From IMG/VR virus record IMGVR_UViG_3300017912_003441, positions 32,001 through 96,000 of that record: 64,000 nucleotides of DNA, one strand, 5' to 3'. The DNA comes from a virus (lineage: Duplodnaviria > Caudoviricetes). The notes under the pieces were generated by a model that did not search any database, had not been told where the DNA came from, and saw only the letters and a program-made list of their open reading frames with translations. Of the stretch, positions 1 to 11,422 are shown in pieces (position 1 is the stretch's first letter; each line of letters opens with the position of its first letter). The position numbers and the translations under genes are program-made.

Positions 1-1
1 T

Positions 2-880
2 GATGATATTATAGATGAAGAGAATTGGGATGACGGTATAGGGAAAGTTTACTATACGTTACCTGCAGGAGAACCCGCGATTAAAGCTATACACCAAATA
101 ATGAAAACATATGTCTCGTCTGATGAAAGTGGCGGTATATTAACTCATTTTAACGGACAATTTCAGCTTCAATCTATAAGAAGTAATATTAATAAAATTT
201 ATAAAGAGACAAAAACAAAACGTACACCAGTTCAAGGGTTACTTAACTTATCAAATTTAGGTAATAATTTCGCAGGAGGTGTGAAAATACAAACCGATGA
301 CGGACGACAGTCATATACAAATAAAGAAGCTGGCTCTGTCTTAGGTCGTAATTTTAATTATATACCTGTTAATATTAACAATATACAATTTACTGACATT
401 CAACCTAGAGCCACATTTGATACTTTAAAGAAAAAAGAAGTTATACAATTTGATATTAAAAGTAAACAATGGGTTTTTCATAGTGATAAAGGTACTATAC
501 CTGCAGTAGAGAATAAAAGCAGTTTAGATACATTACCTGATGGTAATTCTAATAAAATTAATATTGATGTAAACGAAGAATTTAGTAACGTAAAGGAAAG
601 ACTTTTTGTTTTAGATGACGAAAATAGTGTAATGCATTATGGTACAATTAAATTACAAAGACAATTACTTGACAGTTTAACTAAAGCTAATTTTAATTGT
701 GTAGGTAATATTGATATGTCGGCAAATAAGTTTATTTATATGAACATAGATTTAAATAATAAAAACAAATTTGCTGAAAAAATACCAGGCTTTTGGTATA
801 TAACTACTAACCTAACAACAATAGGATCTGGCCAATTTAGCAGCACTATACAATGTGTTAAATTAGATAAACCGAAATGA
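2..880 (+). CDS. 5'-truncated tail/baseplate protein, possibly baseplate hub (gp27-like C-terminus)
   Basis: Frame is open from position 2; C-terminal PGFWYIT...FSSTIQCVK resembles hub-protein ends; structural context. Confidence 0.35.
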   Translation, partial: DDIIDEENWDDGIGKVYYTLPAGEPAIKAIHQIMKTYVSSDESGGILTHFNGQFQLQSIRSNINKIYKETKTKRTPVQGLLNLSNLGNNFAGGVKIQTDDGRQSYTNKEAGSVLGRNFNYIPVNINNIQFTDIQPRATFDTLKKKEVIQFDIKSKQWVFHSDKGTIPAVENKSSLDTLPDGNSNKINIDVNEEFSNVKERLFVLDDENSVMHYGTIKLQRQLLDSLTKANFNCVGNIDMSANKFIYMNIDLNNKNKFAEKIPGFWYITTNLTTIGSGQFSSTIQCVKLDKPK

Positions 881-1953
881 GCGCTATACCATCAAAAACA
901 GGAGTACCAAGAATTGTAGATATAAAGTTAAACAATACTGTTGACTTTCATGTAGCGTATACAAACTTTAACACTGTAATAGAACACTATATTAACTTTG
1001 TCGCTCTATCTAAGTACTATGATAGCTTAAAATATGAAGCCGATCCTATTACAGCTGAAGCTACATTTTGGGAACAATTAGCTAACTCTAATATTAACTT
1101 ACAATCTTTTGCTAAGAATCCTAAAGCAACAAAATATCTTAAACAGTTAGAAATAAATTTAAACCCTGGAGAGTTTTTGAAGACTACTGATGATGGTGAT
1201 GCGATTATATTTGTAAGTACAGATGGTAACTTAATTGCTGAAACAACAGAAGGGAGAGAAATACCTCTTACCGAAGATACTACTCGAGAAGTAAACGAAA
1301 AGATAGCTAATATTTCCTCTGCGTTTGATATAGTAAATGAAGATAAACATGGAGAGTTTATTGCATGGTGGTTAGACAAATATAGAAAGAGCCATCACAA
1401 AGTAAAAGAATTACTAAAAGAGAAAATTAATGTAGAAGATACTTTCCTACAAGAGGTCTCTGAAAGTTGTGGTTTTATTTTCTCCCAATATCAAACACCT
1501 CAAAGTAGATATATGCATTACGGTGATGAAGATTCTGATCCAACACCATTTCCGTTTAACGGTATTATTGATGACAAATTAGAACTTGACACTCGTAAGA
1601 ATATTTTAGGTCTTAGTAGAAGAGCAGAAGCTTTATTTAAACGTAACATGCAACAAGTCATTAGTACAGCTGATATTGGAAGTATGGCTCATAGAGAAAA
1701 TCTCGTTACTGATCACTTCCATTATAGAAGACTCAAACAAAACCAAGATGAGGTAAACGAAGTTATTGCTATTGTACTCGGAGGTTCTTACAAGCTGCTC
1801 ACTTGGCTAACTACAAATAAAGTTAGTAACAAACAAAAGATGGTACCCGGTGTTTTTGATATTGTAGTAGAGAGATCTAAAGAAAGAGTAGACATCTTAA
1901 AGAACAAGGTAGAGACATTACAGCGACCGTTTAGTATAGATATACTTAAGTAA
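877..1953 (+). CDS. hypothetical protein
   Basis: 358-aa ORF overlapping the upstream stop (ATGA). Confidence 0.6.
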   Translation: MSAIPSKTGVPRIVDIKLNNTVDFHVAYTNFNTVIEHYINFVALSKYYDSLKYEADPITAEATFWEQLANSNINLQSFAKNPKATKYLKQLEINLNPGEFLKTTDDGDAIIFVSTDGNLIAETTEGREIPLTEDTTREVNEKIANISSAFDIVNEDKHGEFIAWWLDKYRKSHHKVKELLKEKINVEDTFLQEVSESCGFIFSQYQTPQSRYMHYGDEDSDPTPFPFNGIIDDKLELDTRKNILGLSRRAEALFKRNMQQVISTADIGSMAHRENLVTDHFHYRRLKQNQDEVNEVIAIVLGGSYKLLTWLTTNKVSNKQKMVPGVFDIVVERSKERVDILKNKVETLQRPFSIDILK

Positions 1954-2419
1954 GCTTTTCCGGTTCTTTTACTTCTGCTTCAACATCTATCGCGTCTTTT
2001 GCGTTCAATAAGTTCGCGATAACTTCCTCTCTACTCATAGTAAGAGCGTGTTTCTGATCTGACTGTTGTAACTCTTTCTTAGATTCAATATCCATCTCTT
2101 TAGCTTTGAGAGTAGTATTAGATTTTTTATCTTGTAATACAATTTTGTTTAGAGTATCGATAGCACCTGTCGAAGCCTTTACAAGTTCAGATAGAGCGGA
2201 CATATTCTCCGCCTCGGGCATATGATGAACTACCTCTTTCATATTATCAATTAACTCTAAGCTATCTTGTATAAGTTTAGCAGAATTCTGTATAACGAAA
2301 TTTTCGATTTCCTCTTTTTCTAGCTCTGGTCGTTCTTGTACAGCTCTAGAAATTTTGTTACTATCCGCAGGGATAGCTTTTAACTGAGAAATTAAATCAT
2401 CCGGATTAATATCATCCAT
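1946..2419 (-). CDS. putative terminase small subunit (T4 gp16-like)
   Basis: 157-aa helical protein with gp16-like pattern (LIQDSLELID...SALSELVKAS...SREEVIANLL); TAAATA motif upstream. Confidence 0.45.
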   Translation of the reverse strand: MDDINPDDLISQLKAIPADSNKISRAVQERPELEKEEIENFVIQNSAKLIQDSLELIDNMKEVVHHMPEAENMSALSELVKASTGAIDTLNKIVLQDKKSNTTLKAKEMDIESKKELQQSDQKHALTMSREEVIANLLNAKDAIDVEAEVKEPEKLT

Positions 2420-2465
2420 AAAAATATTTACTTGAATAACTCTCTATTTACACTATATTAGTCGT

Positions 2466-2903
2466 ATGAGTAGCGTAAAAATGGAGTTCGTCAAGACGCA
2501 TAAGGATGCTAAGTTACCTGAGCGTGCACATGCTAGCGATTCTGGTTATGATCTAACTAGTGTAGAAGAAACAACAATCCCTGCTAAAGGATCAGCTGTA
2601 GTACCTGTTGGTTTGACTTTAGGTTATTTGGAACCAGGTTGGTGGTTTAGAATTGAGCCTAGGAGTGGTTTAGGTTTTAAGAAAAGCTTACAGCCTCATT
2701 TAGGTATTATTGATAATGGGTATCGTGGCGATCTCGGAGTTAAGCTTTATAACTTCAGTGGTTCAGACTGGGTTCTACCTGCAGGTAGTAAGATTGCTCA
2801 GTTAGTTTTATATCCTCATATTACTGCTAATGTAAGTTGGGCTGAAGAAGTTACTGAGGCTGATCGTGGAGATGCAGGGTTTGGTTCAACTGATAAAGCA
2901 TAA
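2466..2903 (+). CDS. dut: dUTPase (trimeric)
   Basis: Motifs SGYDL, PRSGLG, GIIDNGYRG, KIAQL, RGDAGFGST. Confidence 0.97.
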   Translation: MSSVKMEFVKTHKDAKLPERAHASDSGYDLTSVEETTIPAKGSAVVPVGLTLGYLEPGWWFRIEPRSGLGFKKSLQPHLGIIDNGYRGDLGVKLYNFSGSDWVLPAGSKIAQLVLYPHITANVSWAEEVTEADRGDAGFGSTDKA

Positions 2904-3814
2904 TGGAAATATCTGATATTTGGTGCGAGAAGTATAGACCTTCTTGTTTAGATGATGTAGTTCTAAACAAGAACATTATTACCTATTTTAATAAGATAAA
3001 AGAGGAGAAGACTCTCCCTAATATTTTATTTGTAGGACAGCCAGGTATCGGAAAAACTACTTTAGCTAAAGTTATAGTAAATGATATTCTTAAGTGTCAA
3101 TATCTATATATCAATGCATCTGATGAAAACGGTATTGATACTATAAGAACTAAAGTACTTAATTTCGCTCAAACAAAAAGTTTATTTGGCAATATCAAAG
3201 TTATTATTCTAGATGAGTGTGATGGTTTATCTGTTGATGCACAAAAAGCATTACGTAATTCAATTGAAGAATATCACGACTTAACTAGATTTGTATTAAC
3301 CGCTAATTATAAACATAAAATTATACCTGCCCTACAGAGTAGGTGTCAAACTATAGATATTAATTACGATAAGTCTGATTATATTGCTAAGCTTATATCT
3401 ATAGTTAAGTTAGAAGAAATGTCTATAAGCAAAGAGGACTTTATGGACATTGTGAATAGTTGTTATCCTGATTTTCGTAAAGGTATAAACAATATTCAAA
3501 AGTTTCATCTATCTGAAGGAAACCAGCAGAAAGACTTTAATGCTGATAACTTCTTTAAAGAAATAGTATCTAATCTATTACCAAGTAAGCAATATATGAA
3601 GATACGTAAGTACATTATTGAGAACGAAGCATTGTTTAATAATGACTATGATATGTTGTTTAAGAAACTATTTGACTTCTTATATGAATATACGATGGAT
3701 GAAGATAAAAAAAGAGACTGTTTAATTACAGTCTCTAGATATTTTTATCAGAATAGTCAGTGTATAGATCAGGAGATCAACTTCTATTCTTGTATGTTAG
3801 AATTACGCGTTTAA
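2903..3814 (+). CDS. sliding-clamp loader AAA+ subunit (T4 gp44/RFC-like)
   Basis: WCEKYRP, Walker A GQPGIGKTT, INASDENGID, Walker B ILDECD, LQSRC. Confidence 0.95.
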   Translation: MEISDIWCEKYRPSCLDDVVLNKNIITYFNKIKEEKTLPNILFVGQPGIGKTTLAKVIVNDILKCQYLYINASDENGIDTIRTKVLNFAQTKSLFGNIKVIILDECDGLSVDAQKALRNSIEEYHDLTRFVLTANYKHKIIPALQSRCQTIDINYDKSDYIAKLISIVKLEEMSISKEDFMDIVNSCYPDFRKGINNIQKFHLSEGNQQKDFNADNFFKEIVSNLLPSKQYMKIRKYIIENEALFNNDYDMLFKKLFDFLYEYTMDEDKKRDCLITVSRYFYQNSQCIDQEINFYSCMLELRV

Positions 3815-4300
3815 GTACTTCGCAGTAGTTAACTTATAATCCCCGTCAGGTACATGTGTTGGTTGGCCAACGTCTGCTGCCTTTGCTTCTGCTTCTTCAG
3901 GCTTTAAGGTAACTTTATGATCCGCGTCATTGGTTGGATCTTTCTGTGTACCTCGTGCATCAGCCGAAGAAATAGCAAACTCTAATAATTCTAACGGAAC
4001 TGTTAACTTCTGAGCATAAAAGCCAGGAGAGATTTCTACTGCAATATCAGCGAGTTGTTTTTCACTATCTGTTGTTTCGGTTTCGTATACTGCTTTTTTG
4101 ATAGTAGAAAGCATAAGTGGTTTTCCTTCTTCAGCAACAGTAACAATCTCGTCAACATAAGCTTTACGAGCTTCGTCTAGTCCTGAGTACCAATCAGAAG
4201 ATTTCATATTACTTGCAAACTTGACATAATCTCCAGCAATAGGACCGGATTTGACGAATCTACCAATTTGCGCCTCAAATATAGTATCGAATTTACTCAT
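3803..4300 (-). CDS. hypothetical late protein
   Basis: 165-aa ORF with TAAATA motif upstream; starts MSKFDTIFE. Confidence 0.65.
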   Translation of the reverse strand: MSKFDTIFEAQIGRFVKSGPIAGDYVKFASNMKSSDWYSGLDEARKAYVDEIVTVAEEGKPLMLSTIKKAVYETETTDSEKQLADIAVEISPGFYAQKLTVPLELLEFAISSADARGTQKDPTNDADHKVTLKPEEAEAKAADVGQPTHVPDGDYKLTTAKYLNA

Positions 4301-4346
4301 TTAAATTATTTATTGTTTTTAGCCATTTTAAATTAAATAATTATAG

Positions 4347-4829
4347 ATGGCTCTTAAATTAGATATACTAAAAGATGTAAAGAATAAGAACAGTTTTCGT
4401 TCTTATTCTTATGCAGACTTACATTTAGATATTGATTTGGATGCAAAAACACCTGATACCCCAACAGGAGCAGAAAAAAACAAGCAAGACCTTAAAATTG
4501 ACTATGATGAAAAAGCTATTTACAACTCTATTAGTAATATTTTTAATACAAAAAAAGGTCAAAAAATTCTAAACCCAACTTTTGGTTTAGATCTTGAACA
4601 GTATTTATTTGAAAACGTTTCTAAAGAAAACGGCCAAACTATAGGGCAAACAATATATGAAGAGTTAGCTTTGTATGAGCCTCGTATAGTTGTTAACGAT
4701 GTAAGTGTAGTTGCACGACCAGACAATAATGAATACAAAATTACCATCTCAATAACTATCCCGTCGTTAAATAATAAAAAAGGAACAGCGTCTGGATTAT
4801 TAACAACACAAGGATTTAATTACTCATAA
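4347..4829 (+). CDS. baseplate wedge subunit gp25-like
   Basis: AIYNSISNIFNTKKGQKILNPTFG..L..YLFE...YEPRI gp25/GPW pattern. Confidence 0.92.
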   Translation: MALKLDILKDVKNKNSFRSYSYADLHLDIDLDAKTPDTPTGAEKNKQDLKIDYDEKAIYNSISNIFNTKKGQKILNPTFGLDLEQYLFENVSKENGQTIGQTIYEELALYEPRIVVNDVSVVARPDNNEYKITISITIPSLNNKKGTASGLLTTQGFNYS

Positions 4830-4831
4830 TT

Positions 4832-6664
4832 ATGGCAAACTTTACAGAATTTAATCTACCAACAAATGCGTACACTGGGTTTGATGCTCAGAGTCTCAGA
4901 GATCTGATCATTGATAGAATTAATAACGACACGACAATTAATTTTACTGATCAAAACTTTGAGGGTAGTAATATTTCTGCCCTTATAGATATAATTGCGT
5001 ACTCATATCATACATTACTTTTTTACTTAAATCAAACTAGCTCTGAAAGTAATTTTAATGACGCAGAACTATACGAGAATATTAACCGCATTGTTAAGCT
5101 TATTGATTATAAGCCAGTAGGTAAACAAACCGCTGTATTACCGGTAGAAATAAAAGGTACTTCTGATTTGTCTGCTGGTTATTATACTATTCCTAAATTT
5201 TCATTCGCAACAAGTCAAGGTAAAACATTTACTTTCACTAAAGACGTAACATTTGAAAAAACTACTTCTGATACTGAAACAATCTCTGCAATTGGAAGTC
5301 AATTAATGTATGAAGGTACATTACAAGAATATCCTATTATTAACCCTATAGGAGAAAAATTCGAAGTAGTAAACATTTTACCCGGTGGTAATACTACAAT
5401 TGATCATTTTAATATTTACGTATATGTAAAAGAAGTTAATTCTAATAATAAATGGTATGAATGGTCACGAGTTCCTTCTTTGTACTTGTCAAAACCAAAT
5501 GAAAGAAGTTTTGAAATTAGATACAATGAAAATAAAAACTATGAATTAAAGTTCGGCAATAGTGTTAACGGAAAAAAATTAAATCAAGGTGACCAAATCG
5601 CAGTATACTACCTCAAATCTTCTGGTACAGATGGTAAAGTAACAAAGAATACTTTTAATAGTAGCTCGCTAAACATATACAATACTTCACAGTATGATAA
5701 CATTCTTACAGATACCCAAGATACATCTCTGAACTTTTTGACGATTGAGACTGTATTGAACACTACTATAAGTAATACAGAAGATAGTACCGACTTCGGA
5801 GAAGAAGAAAACGCAGATGAAATCAAACAAAATGCGCCAAGATTCTTTAGTTCAGAATATAAACTTACAACAAAGGATGATTACAAAAGCTTTGTAGAAC
5901 GTAATTATAAGAACCTTGTTTATGACGTTACAGTACAAAACAATAGTGACTATACTAATGATTATTTAAAATATCTAAATGATGAACTTGGTTTAACAGA
6001 TTATAGTCTCGAAACCAACGCATTATTTAATCAATATTATTTTGCTGATAGTTCAGATGCAAATAATATATACTTAACTATTGTACCTAATTTAAGAAAA
6101 AATAAATCTGTAATTACTAGATCAAATTATCTCTCTAATGCTCTTAAAGAAAAAATTCGAAGCGAAATCGCGGATTACAAATTATTAAATAGTGAAATTG
6201 CTTTTATTGATCCCGTTTATTTAAATTTAGATTTATCATTACGATTTTCAGGTGAAGTGAACAGACTTAGATATAAAGATAGTACTCAATTAGTTATAAC
6301 TAAACAAGCTCGTGCTTTAATAAATGAAGACGATTTAAAAAGTAAAGTGTATAATATTATTACTACATACATTAATAATCTAAAACTAGGAGATACTATT
6401 GACGTAAGATATCTCAATAATGAGATTGAAAAAATTCAAGGCATAGAAAGTATAGAAACATTACGTACAGATTTAAATCGAAGTACCCCTGGTCTTTCAT
6501 TTTGCGTGTTTAATCCGATTTACAATGGAAAGGATAAAAAAGTATTCGATACTAGATGCAAATTAAAACCATACCAAATACCATACATTGAAAGCCCTGT
6601 TGCTTTTAAAGATAAAATCGTAGTAAAGTCACAAGTCACTAACAAACGGGTTGTTGAATATTAA
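4832..6664 (+). CDS. baseplate wedge subunit gp6-like
   Basis: FTDQNFEGSNISALIDIIAY, YELKFGNSVNGKKL, E..DEIK.NAP...TKDDY; follows gp25. Confidence 0.9.
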   Translation: MANFTEFNLPTNAYTGFDAQSLRDLIIDRINNDTTINFTDQNFEGSNISALIDIIAYSYHTLLFYLNQTSSESNFNDAELYENINRIVKLIDYKPVGKQTAVLPVEIKGTSDLSAGYYTIPKFSFATSQGKTFTFTKDVTFEKTTSDTETISAIGSQLMYEGTLQEYPIINPIGEKFEVVNILPGGNTTIDHFNIYVYVKEVNSNNKWYEWSRVPSLYLSKPNERSFEIRYNENKNYELKFGNSVNGKKLNQGDQIAVYYLKSSGTDGKVTKNTFNSSSLNIYNTSQYDNILTDTQDTSLNFLTIETVLNTTISNTEDSTDFGEEENADEIKQNAPRFFSSEYKLTTKDDYKSFVERNYKNLVYDVTVQNNSDYTNDYLKYLNDELGLTDYSLETNALFNQYYFADSSDANNIYLTIVPNLRKNKSVITRSNYLSNALKEKIRSEIADYKLLNSEIAFIDPVYLNLDLSLRFSGEVNRLRYKDSTQLVITKQARALINEDDLKSKVYNIITTYINNLKLGDTIDVRYLNNEIEKIQGIESIETLRTDLNRSTPGLSFCVFNPIYNGKDKKVFDTRCKLKPYQIPYIESPVAFKDKIVVKSQVTNKRVVEY

Positions 6665-9114
6665 TGAGCGCTGAGGAAAAATGTCCATTAAGTGTACCAG
6701 TACCGATTACTCTATCGGTAAATACATCCGGGTCGATACCTTCTCCTGTGAACAATGTACACAGTTTATCTGCCACTCATAGCGGGTTCACTCGTATAAG
6801 TGAATTTACCTTTACATCTAATCTCACAGGTTCAACTTCGTTTAATGAACTAGTCGATCCGCCGATTTCTACTACTGTTGCAGTTTGGGACTTTGGTGAT
6901 GGTAACACTCTAAGCGCACGAAACACTCCAACTACAACCCATACATACAAAGTCCCGGGTATTTATACTGTAGCAGTTTATTACTATGATATTAACGGAA
7001 CAGCGTACTTTAACACCCTCACTGAAACTGTATCAGTATACAACTATGTAGAAACGAACATACAATTATCGAACACCGAAGTAGATAGTGTTTCTGGTAA
7101 GATGTTCAGAGCTGGTAGTACAGATGACCCTGGACAAAAATTTCCAACTCTTGTAACTGCCTCTTGGCAAGATGTATCAACAACAGACTCTATTACAGGG
7201 ACAGAAGATTTTACTCTTTATGTTACAGCGAGTGGTAGTAAATCAAAACCATACGACACTAAAAACAAGTATGCTCATTTATTACCTTACAATGCTTTTT
7301 ATGATCGCTCAGAAGAAGACAAAAATGTACGCATTGATCATACAGGAGTAAACATAAAAGTAAATAAACGCAATTACGCAATTAACCCAAAAGATAATAC
7401 TATTAAGTTAGTTGCGGATAGTTTTATTCCAGAATTAAGCGCATTAGGCATAAAAACCTACATGCTAGGCGCCACAAATAATCCACAGACCGCTGTTAAC
7501 AGTTATAATACTTCTGTATCTGGTTTAACAGGATCCGAAACATTATCAGGTAAAAGTGTAATATTAAGTTATTATGACGATACCCCAAATATAGATCCCG
7601 GAGTCCAATTAATTGTAAAGCTCGATCTTAGTAAACATCGTCTCAAAAATTTCTATGTAGATAATATAGAAACAGATATTAACGGTAGTGGGCAAAACTT
7701 TCTCGAAACTGGAGGTGGTGCTCTTAAAAACTACGACGGTATATTAGTCAAAGTCACAAAACCGGTACCGGATTTTACCGACTTGTTTTCTTTTACGTCT
7801 ACTGGAATGAAGCAAATGTCAGCGATTAATTATAAAAGACAAGGAGATAAGTTTCAGGTTTTTATAGGGGTACAAGACAAAGACAAAAATATATTAAAAA
7901 ACTACCCGATATTTTTAAGAGACACTACTGGGAATATCGGAACATTGTCTGCTACTGATAATACTTTTTATATTAATTGGGCTAGTGGTGGAGATTTACA
8001 CACTACTAATGTAAGCAGTGTAAGTACTAATAAGTTCCCATATAACAGCACTACAGGTAACACAGAGTTAAGTAGCTTTTTATATCTGAATATCGACCCA
8101 TTAAGCGCTGGAACATGGACATTAAATGTTTCTGCAAACATACAATCTCTAAGCGCTAACACGAGCGCGCTTTCTGGCTTTGGTAATGTTGGCGGAAACG
8201 TCGGGGAAAATACACAACATTATACCGGTTCGTTTACATTTACAGTTTACCCGTCAACTAACGATGTTGAGTTCTATTTACAAAACGAAGATATAGATTA
8301 CTCTCAGGTAATTAAAAGTTATAGATTCCAATCATTCATGCATGAGTATGATAATCTATTTGACGGTGTGTTTACGTCGTTTGTAGGAGAAGCAAGCTCA
8401 AGTCCAACTACATTTGGTAAGACTATTTTCTCTAAAATAGCTAACTTTGTTACTAATCATAACGATATTGATTTATGTAAAATAGATCAAATACAATCCT
8501 TTTATGATTTACTGAATGAAGATGTAGATATCATTTTACCTGAACCTCCCTCTGAACTAAAAAGACTGTATGATACGTTTAGTATAAAAGTATCTAAATT
8601 GTTAGGTAACTATGAACAATTTTCAGAAAGCTTAAACTCGAATTTTTATACTTCTTCTGCAGACGGTGTAAATGTAGATTTTAACAACCCAATTACTGCT
8701 TCTACATATACAGTTACAGCGTATACAAATTTTGTAGCACGACAAAAATTTAATAACGAATTTTTAATAATTAAACCTCAAAAAGTTGCTACTAAAAATG
8801 TTGATGGTACATCTTCAGGGGAATCTACAGAGTACGAACTTTCAGCTTATAACATATATAGTAATTGGGGCTGGCCGCTAGACACTACTGTGTCTGGTGC
8901 AAGTGGGTTGTCTGCAATGTATGATTTTTATCCATATACAGTTACTGATCCGACTTCAGCAATTAAAAATTTACAAGCAAATTTAATTGATTACAACAAC
9001 CCATATACAACAATAACAAGAACAGCTTCATCTTTAAGCGGTGATTGGACTAATGATGATGGTATAATGTATAAGAATTTAGACTATCAAATACGGAAGG
9101 GCCTTAGCATATGA
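6664..9114 (+). CDS. baseplate/virion structural protein with PKD domain
   Basis: WDFGDG...THTYKVPGIYTV PKD signature; structural operon. Confidence 0.7.
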   Translation: MSAEEKCPLSVPVPITLSVNTSGSIPSPVNNVHSLSATHSGFTRISEFTFTSNLTGSTSFNELVDPPISTTVAVWDFGDGNTLSARNTPTTTHTYKVPGIYTVAVYYYDINGTAYFNTLTETVSVYNYVETNIQLSNTEVDSVSGKMFRAGSTDDPGQKFPTLVTASWQDVSTTDSITGTEDFTLYVTASGSKSKPYDTKNKYAHLLPYNAFYDRSEEDKNVRIDHTGVNIKVNKRNYAINPKDNTIKLVADSFIPELSALGIKTYMLGATNNPQTAVNSYNTSVSGLTGSETLSGKSVILSYYDDTPNIDPGVQLIVKLDLSKHRLKNFYVDNIETDINGSGQNFLETGGGALKNYDGILVKVTKPVPDFTDLFSFTSTGMKQMSAINYKRQGDKFQVFIGVQDKDKNILKNYPIFLRDTTGNIGTLSATDNTFYINWASGGDLHTTNVSSVSTNKFPYNSTTGNTELSSFLYLNIDPLSAGTWTLNVSANIQSLSANTSALSGFGNVGGNVGENTQHYTGSFTFTVYPSTNDVEFYLQNEDIDYSQVIKSYRFQSFMHEYDNLFDGVFTSFVGEASSSPTTFGKTIFSKIANFVTNHNDIDLCKIDQIQSFYDLLNEDVDIILPEPPSELKRLYDTFSIKVSKLLGNYEQFSESLNSNFYTSSADGVNVDFNNPITASTYTVTAYTNFVARQKFNNEFLIIKPQKVATKNVDGTSSGESTEYELSAYNIYSNWGWPLDTTVSGASGLSAMYDFYPYTVTDPTSAIKNLQANLIDYNNPYTTITRTASSLSGDWTNDDGIMYKNLDYQIRKGLSI

Positions 9115-11411
9115 CAATAGATTTAAATACAACTAATCCATTATCATTTGTAGAATGGAAGCAATATTATAATGACAATCGCAACGCGACTGAATTATCT
9201 ATATTATATAATAATTATTTGGTTGACTGGAAAGAACAAAAACAAGCCAATACAGATACAAAAAACAACTACACAAGGTCTATTTATACCCAGTTTCTTA
9301 AAAATTTAACATTAGATACTTTAGATCACGAAGTTGGTAGATTTTTAAATGAAATAGATACTGATGATATATATGAATTAGAATTAGGAGTACATTATTT
9401 TGTTAATATAATTCGTAATCAGTTATTAAGTGTAAAAGAGTTAAGAGATGAAGCTACTTTTAGTACAACTAAAAATAAACTAAAAACATCTAAAGCAGGT
9501 GTAAAACAATACTTAAAGAATTATATTTCTAAGCTTTTAAGTAATAAAGATTTTATAACTGAAAATACTGATACTTCAACTGCAGATATAAATGTTGAAA
9601 AAATCGCTAATGCAATTTCTATAGATATAGACCATTACGTATCTGACGAATTCATATATAACATACATCCGATTGATAAAGATTTAGTCGACAATATTGA
9701 GAACAGAGTTTTAAGAGAGTCTAAATCAAAAAACATATATCAATTAATTACTATTAATAAAAATGGTAAACAGTATAAAGTTGAAACAAATAATATTTCT
9801 ACCCCGAGTGCTTTATTAGGTATTAATGACCCGTTTTCTAATTATGAAAGACTACCTAATAGATATTTTCGTAATGAAATAAAAACATTAGATAATTTAA
9901 AATTTATTCTTGAACGGGATCTAATTAAAAAATATTTAGCTAATGACATATATCGGCTGTCCGGAGATAAAAAGAACGCTAGTGTAGAAGTTTTATACGA
10001 TAATGTTAACCCTACAAACAATCTGACACAAAGATATGGCCCTAATTTATTTGGCGGTATTGTAAATGAGAAAAATACGAATATATTTCCTTTTCAGCTT
10101 TCATATAAAAATACTGGTACAAATAATTTTAATTCTTTTGGTCTAACTTTTAATATTAATTTATCTGCGTTCAACGGAAGAGAGTATTTGATTCCAAACC
10201 CACACCAATATGAACCAGGGTTAAAAGCAGTTGGTTATATTAAAGACCATAAAGGCAATATTTTACGCAACATAAAAGTTAAACAACGTACTCCATTAAT
10301 TTTTAAATCTAAAACAAACACATTTAAAAATAATGATAGAACGAATTCTGTTAATTTTTATAATAATAAAATTGTACGCAATTATGGTTATCAAAGCCAA
10401 GAAAACAGTTTAGAATATACTCCTGCAGGTATTAACAAGAGAGAAGATAATATTAGTTTTTGGGAAGATGCAGAAGGTCATATCGACTGGAGAAATACAG
10501 ATACTTATCCAGTAAGTGTTTTAAATATATTTCCGGAAAGTAAACGCTTAGATGATTTACTTATCACAAACAAGACAGGTGTTAAATTACGGAGCGATGT
10601 GTATGGTAATGAGTTTTACTTTATTAAGTCGATATACCCAAAGAGAAAAGCAGGAACATCATATATAAGTGAAGAGTCATCTAGCACAGATACAAGCTGT
10701 ACAACAGCAGCAGAGTTTTATGACGGTCTTTATTTTAATCCGCTTTTATCTGCTATATCCGCAGCTCAAGCATCTAGTCCTACAGCATATACAGGGTTGA
10801 CTGGAATATATGATACCTTCATTGTTAATGATAATACTTTATGTAGTCTAGGCAATATCGGTGGGTCTGGAAGTTCATTCTTCGCGCCATTATCAACATA
10901 TAATTGTACAGATCTACATACAATAGCTCTATCCTGCGGTTCTGTATCTGCTGTCTCAGCGGTTGATGGAGGTCCGTTTAAAAGTCACCCAGGTCGCTCG
11001 GATTTATTAATTGAGAATTATTTTAAAGATATAACTATACCATACTACACAATTGACTCAACTGCAATTTATTCTAATACAGTTACTACGTATGAGTCAG
11101 CAAGTCTTAACCAACCAACTGCAACAAAGTATCAGTTATTTGAACAGCAATTTGAGGAGTTTGGAGAAATATTTGTACGTAATAACTTTTCTCAAGAAGT
11201 ATTAACTTTAAAACAAGCCATGTCTGCTGTGTTTAACAAACATTCTGCTGCGACGAAAGGCAGGATTTACACATCTAATAAAATACAAGATTTTGAGATT
11301 ATCGAAGATTCAATATACATACAAACTAACGTAGAGACATTAACTGAAAAATACACATTTGATGACGGTACATTTAAAAACGCCGCAGGGTCGAAATCTA
11401 TAATAACTTAG
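9111..11411 (+). CDS. putative virion structural protein
   Basis: 766-aa ORF coupled to its neighbours in the baseplate operon. Confidence 0.6.
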   Translation: MTIDLNTTNPLSFVEWKQYYNDNRNATELSILYNNYLVDWKEQKQANTDTKNNYTRSIYTQFLKNLTLDTLDHEVGRFLNEIDTDDIYELELGVHYFVNIIRNQLLSVKELRDEATFSTTKNKLKTSKAGVKQYLKNYISKLLSNKDFITENTDTSTADINVEKIANAISIDIDHYVSDEFIYNIHPIDKDLVDNIENRVLRESKSKNIYQLITINKNGKQYKVETNNISTPSALLGINDPFSNYERLPNRYFRNEIKTLDNLKFILERDLIKKYLANDIYRLSGDKKNASVEVLYDNVNPTNNLTQRYGPNLFGGIVNEKNTNIFPFQLSYKNTGTNNFNSFGLTFNINLSAFNGREYLIPNPHQYEPGLKAVGYIKDHKGNILRNIKVKQRTPLIFKSKTNTFKNNDRTNSVNFYNNKIVRNYGYQSQENSLEYTPAGINKREDNISFWEDAEGHIDWRNTDTYPVSVLNIFPESKRLDDLLITNKTGVKLRSDVYGNEFYFIKSIYPKRKAGTSYISEESSSTDTSCTTAAEFYDGLYFNPLLSAISAAQASSPTAYTGLTGIYDTFIVNDNTLCSLGNIGGSGSSFFAPLSTYNCTDLHTIALSCGSVSAVSAVDGGPFKSHPGRSDLLIENYFKDITIPYYTIDSTAIYSNTVTTYESASLNQPTATKYQLFEQQFEEFGEIFVRNNFSQEVLTLKQAMSAVFNKHSAATKGRIYTSNKIQDFEIIEDSIYIQTNVETLTEKYTFDDGTFKNAAGSKSIIT

Positions 11412-11422
11412 TAAATAATTAT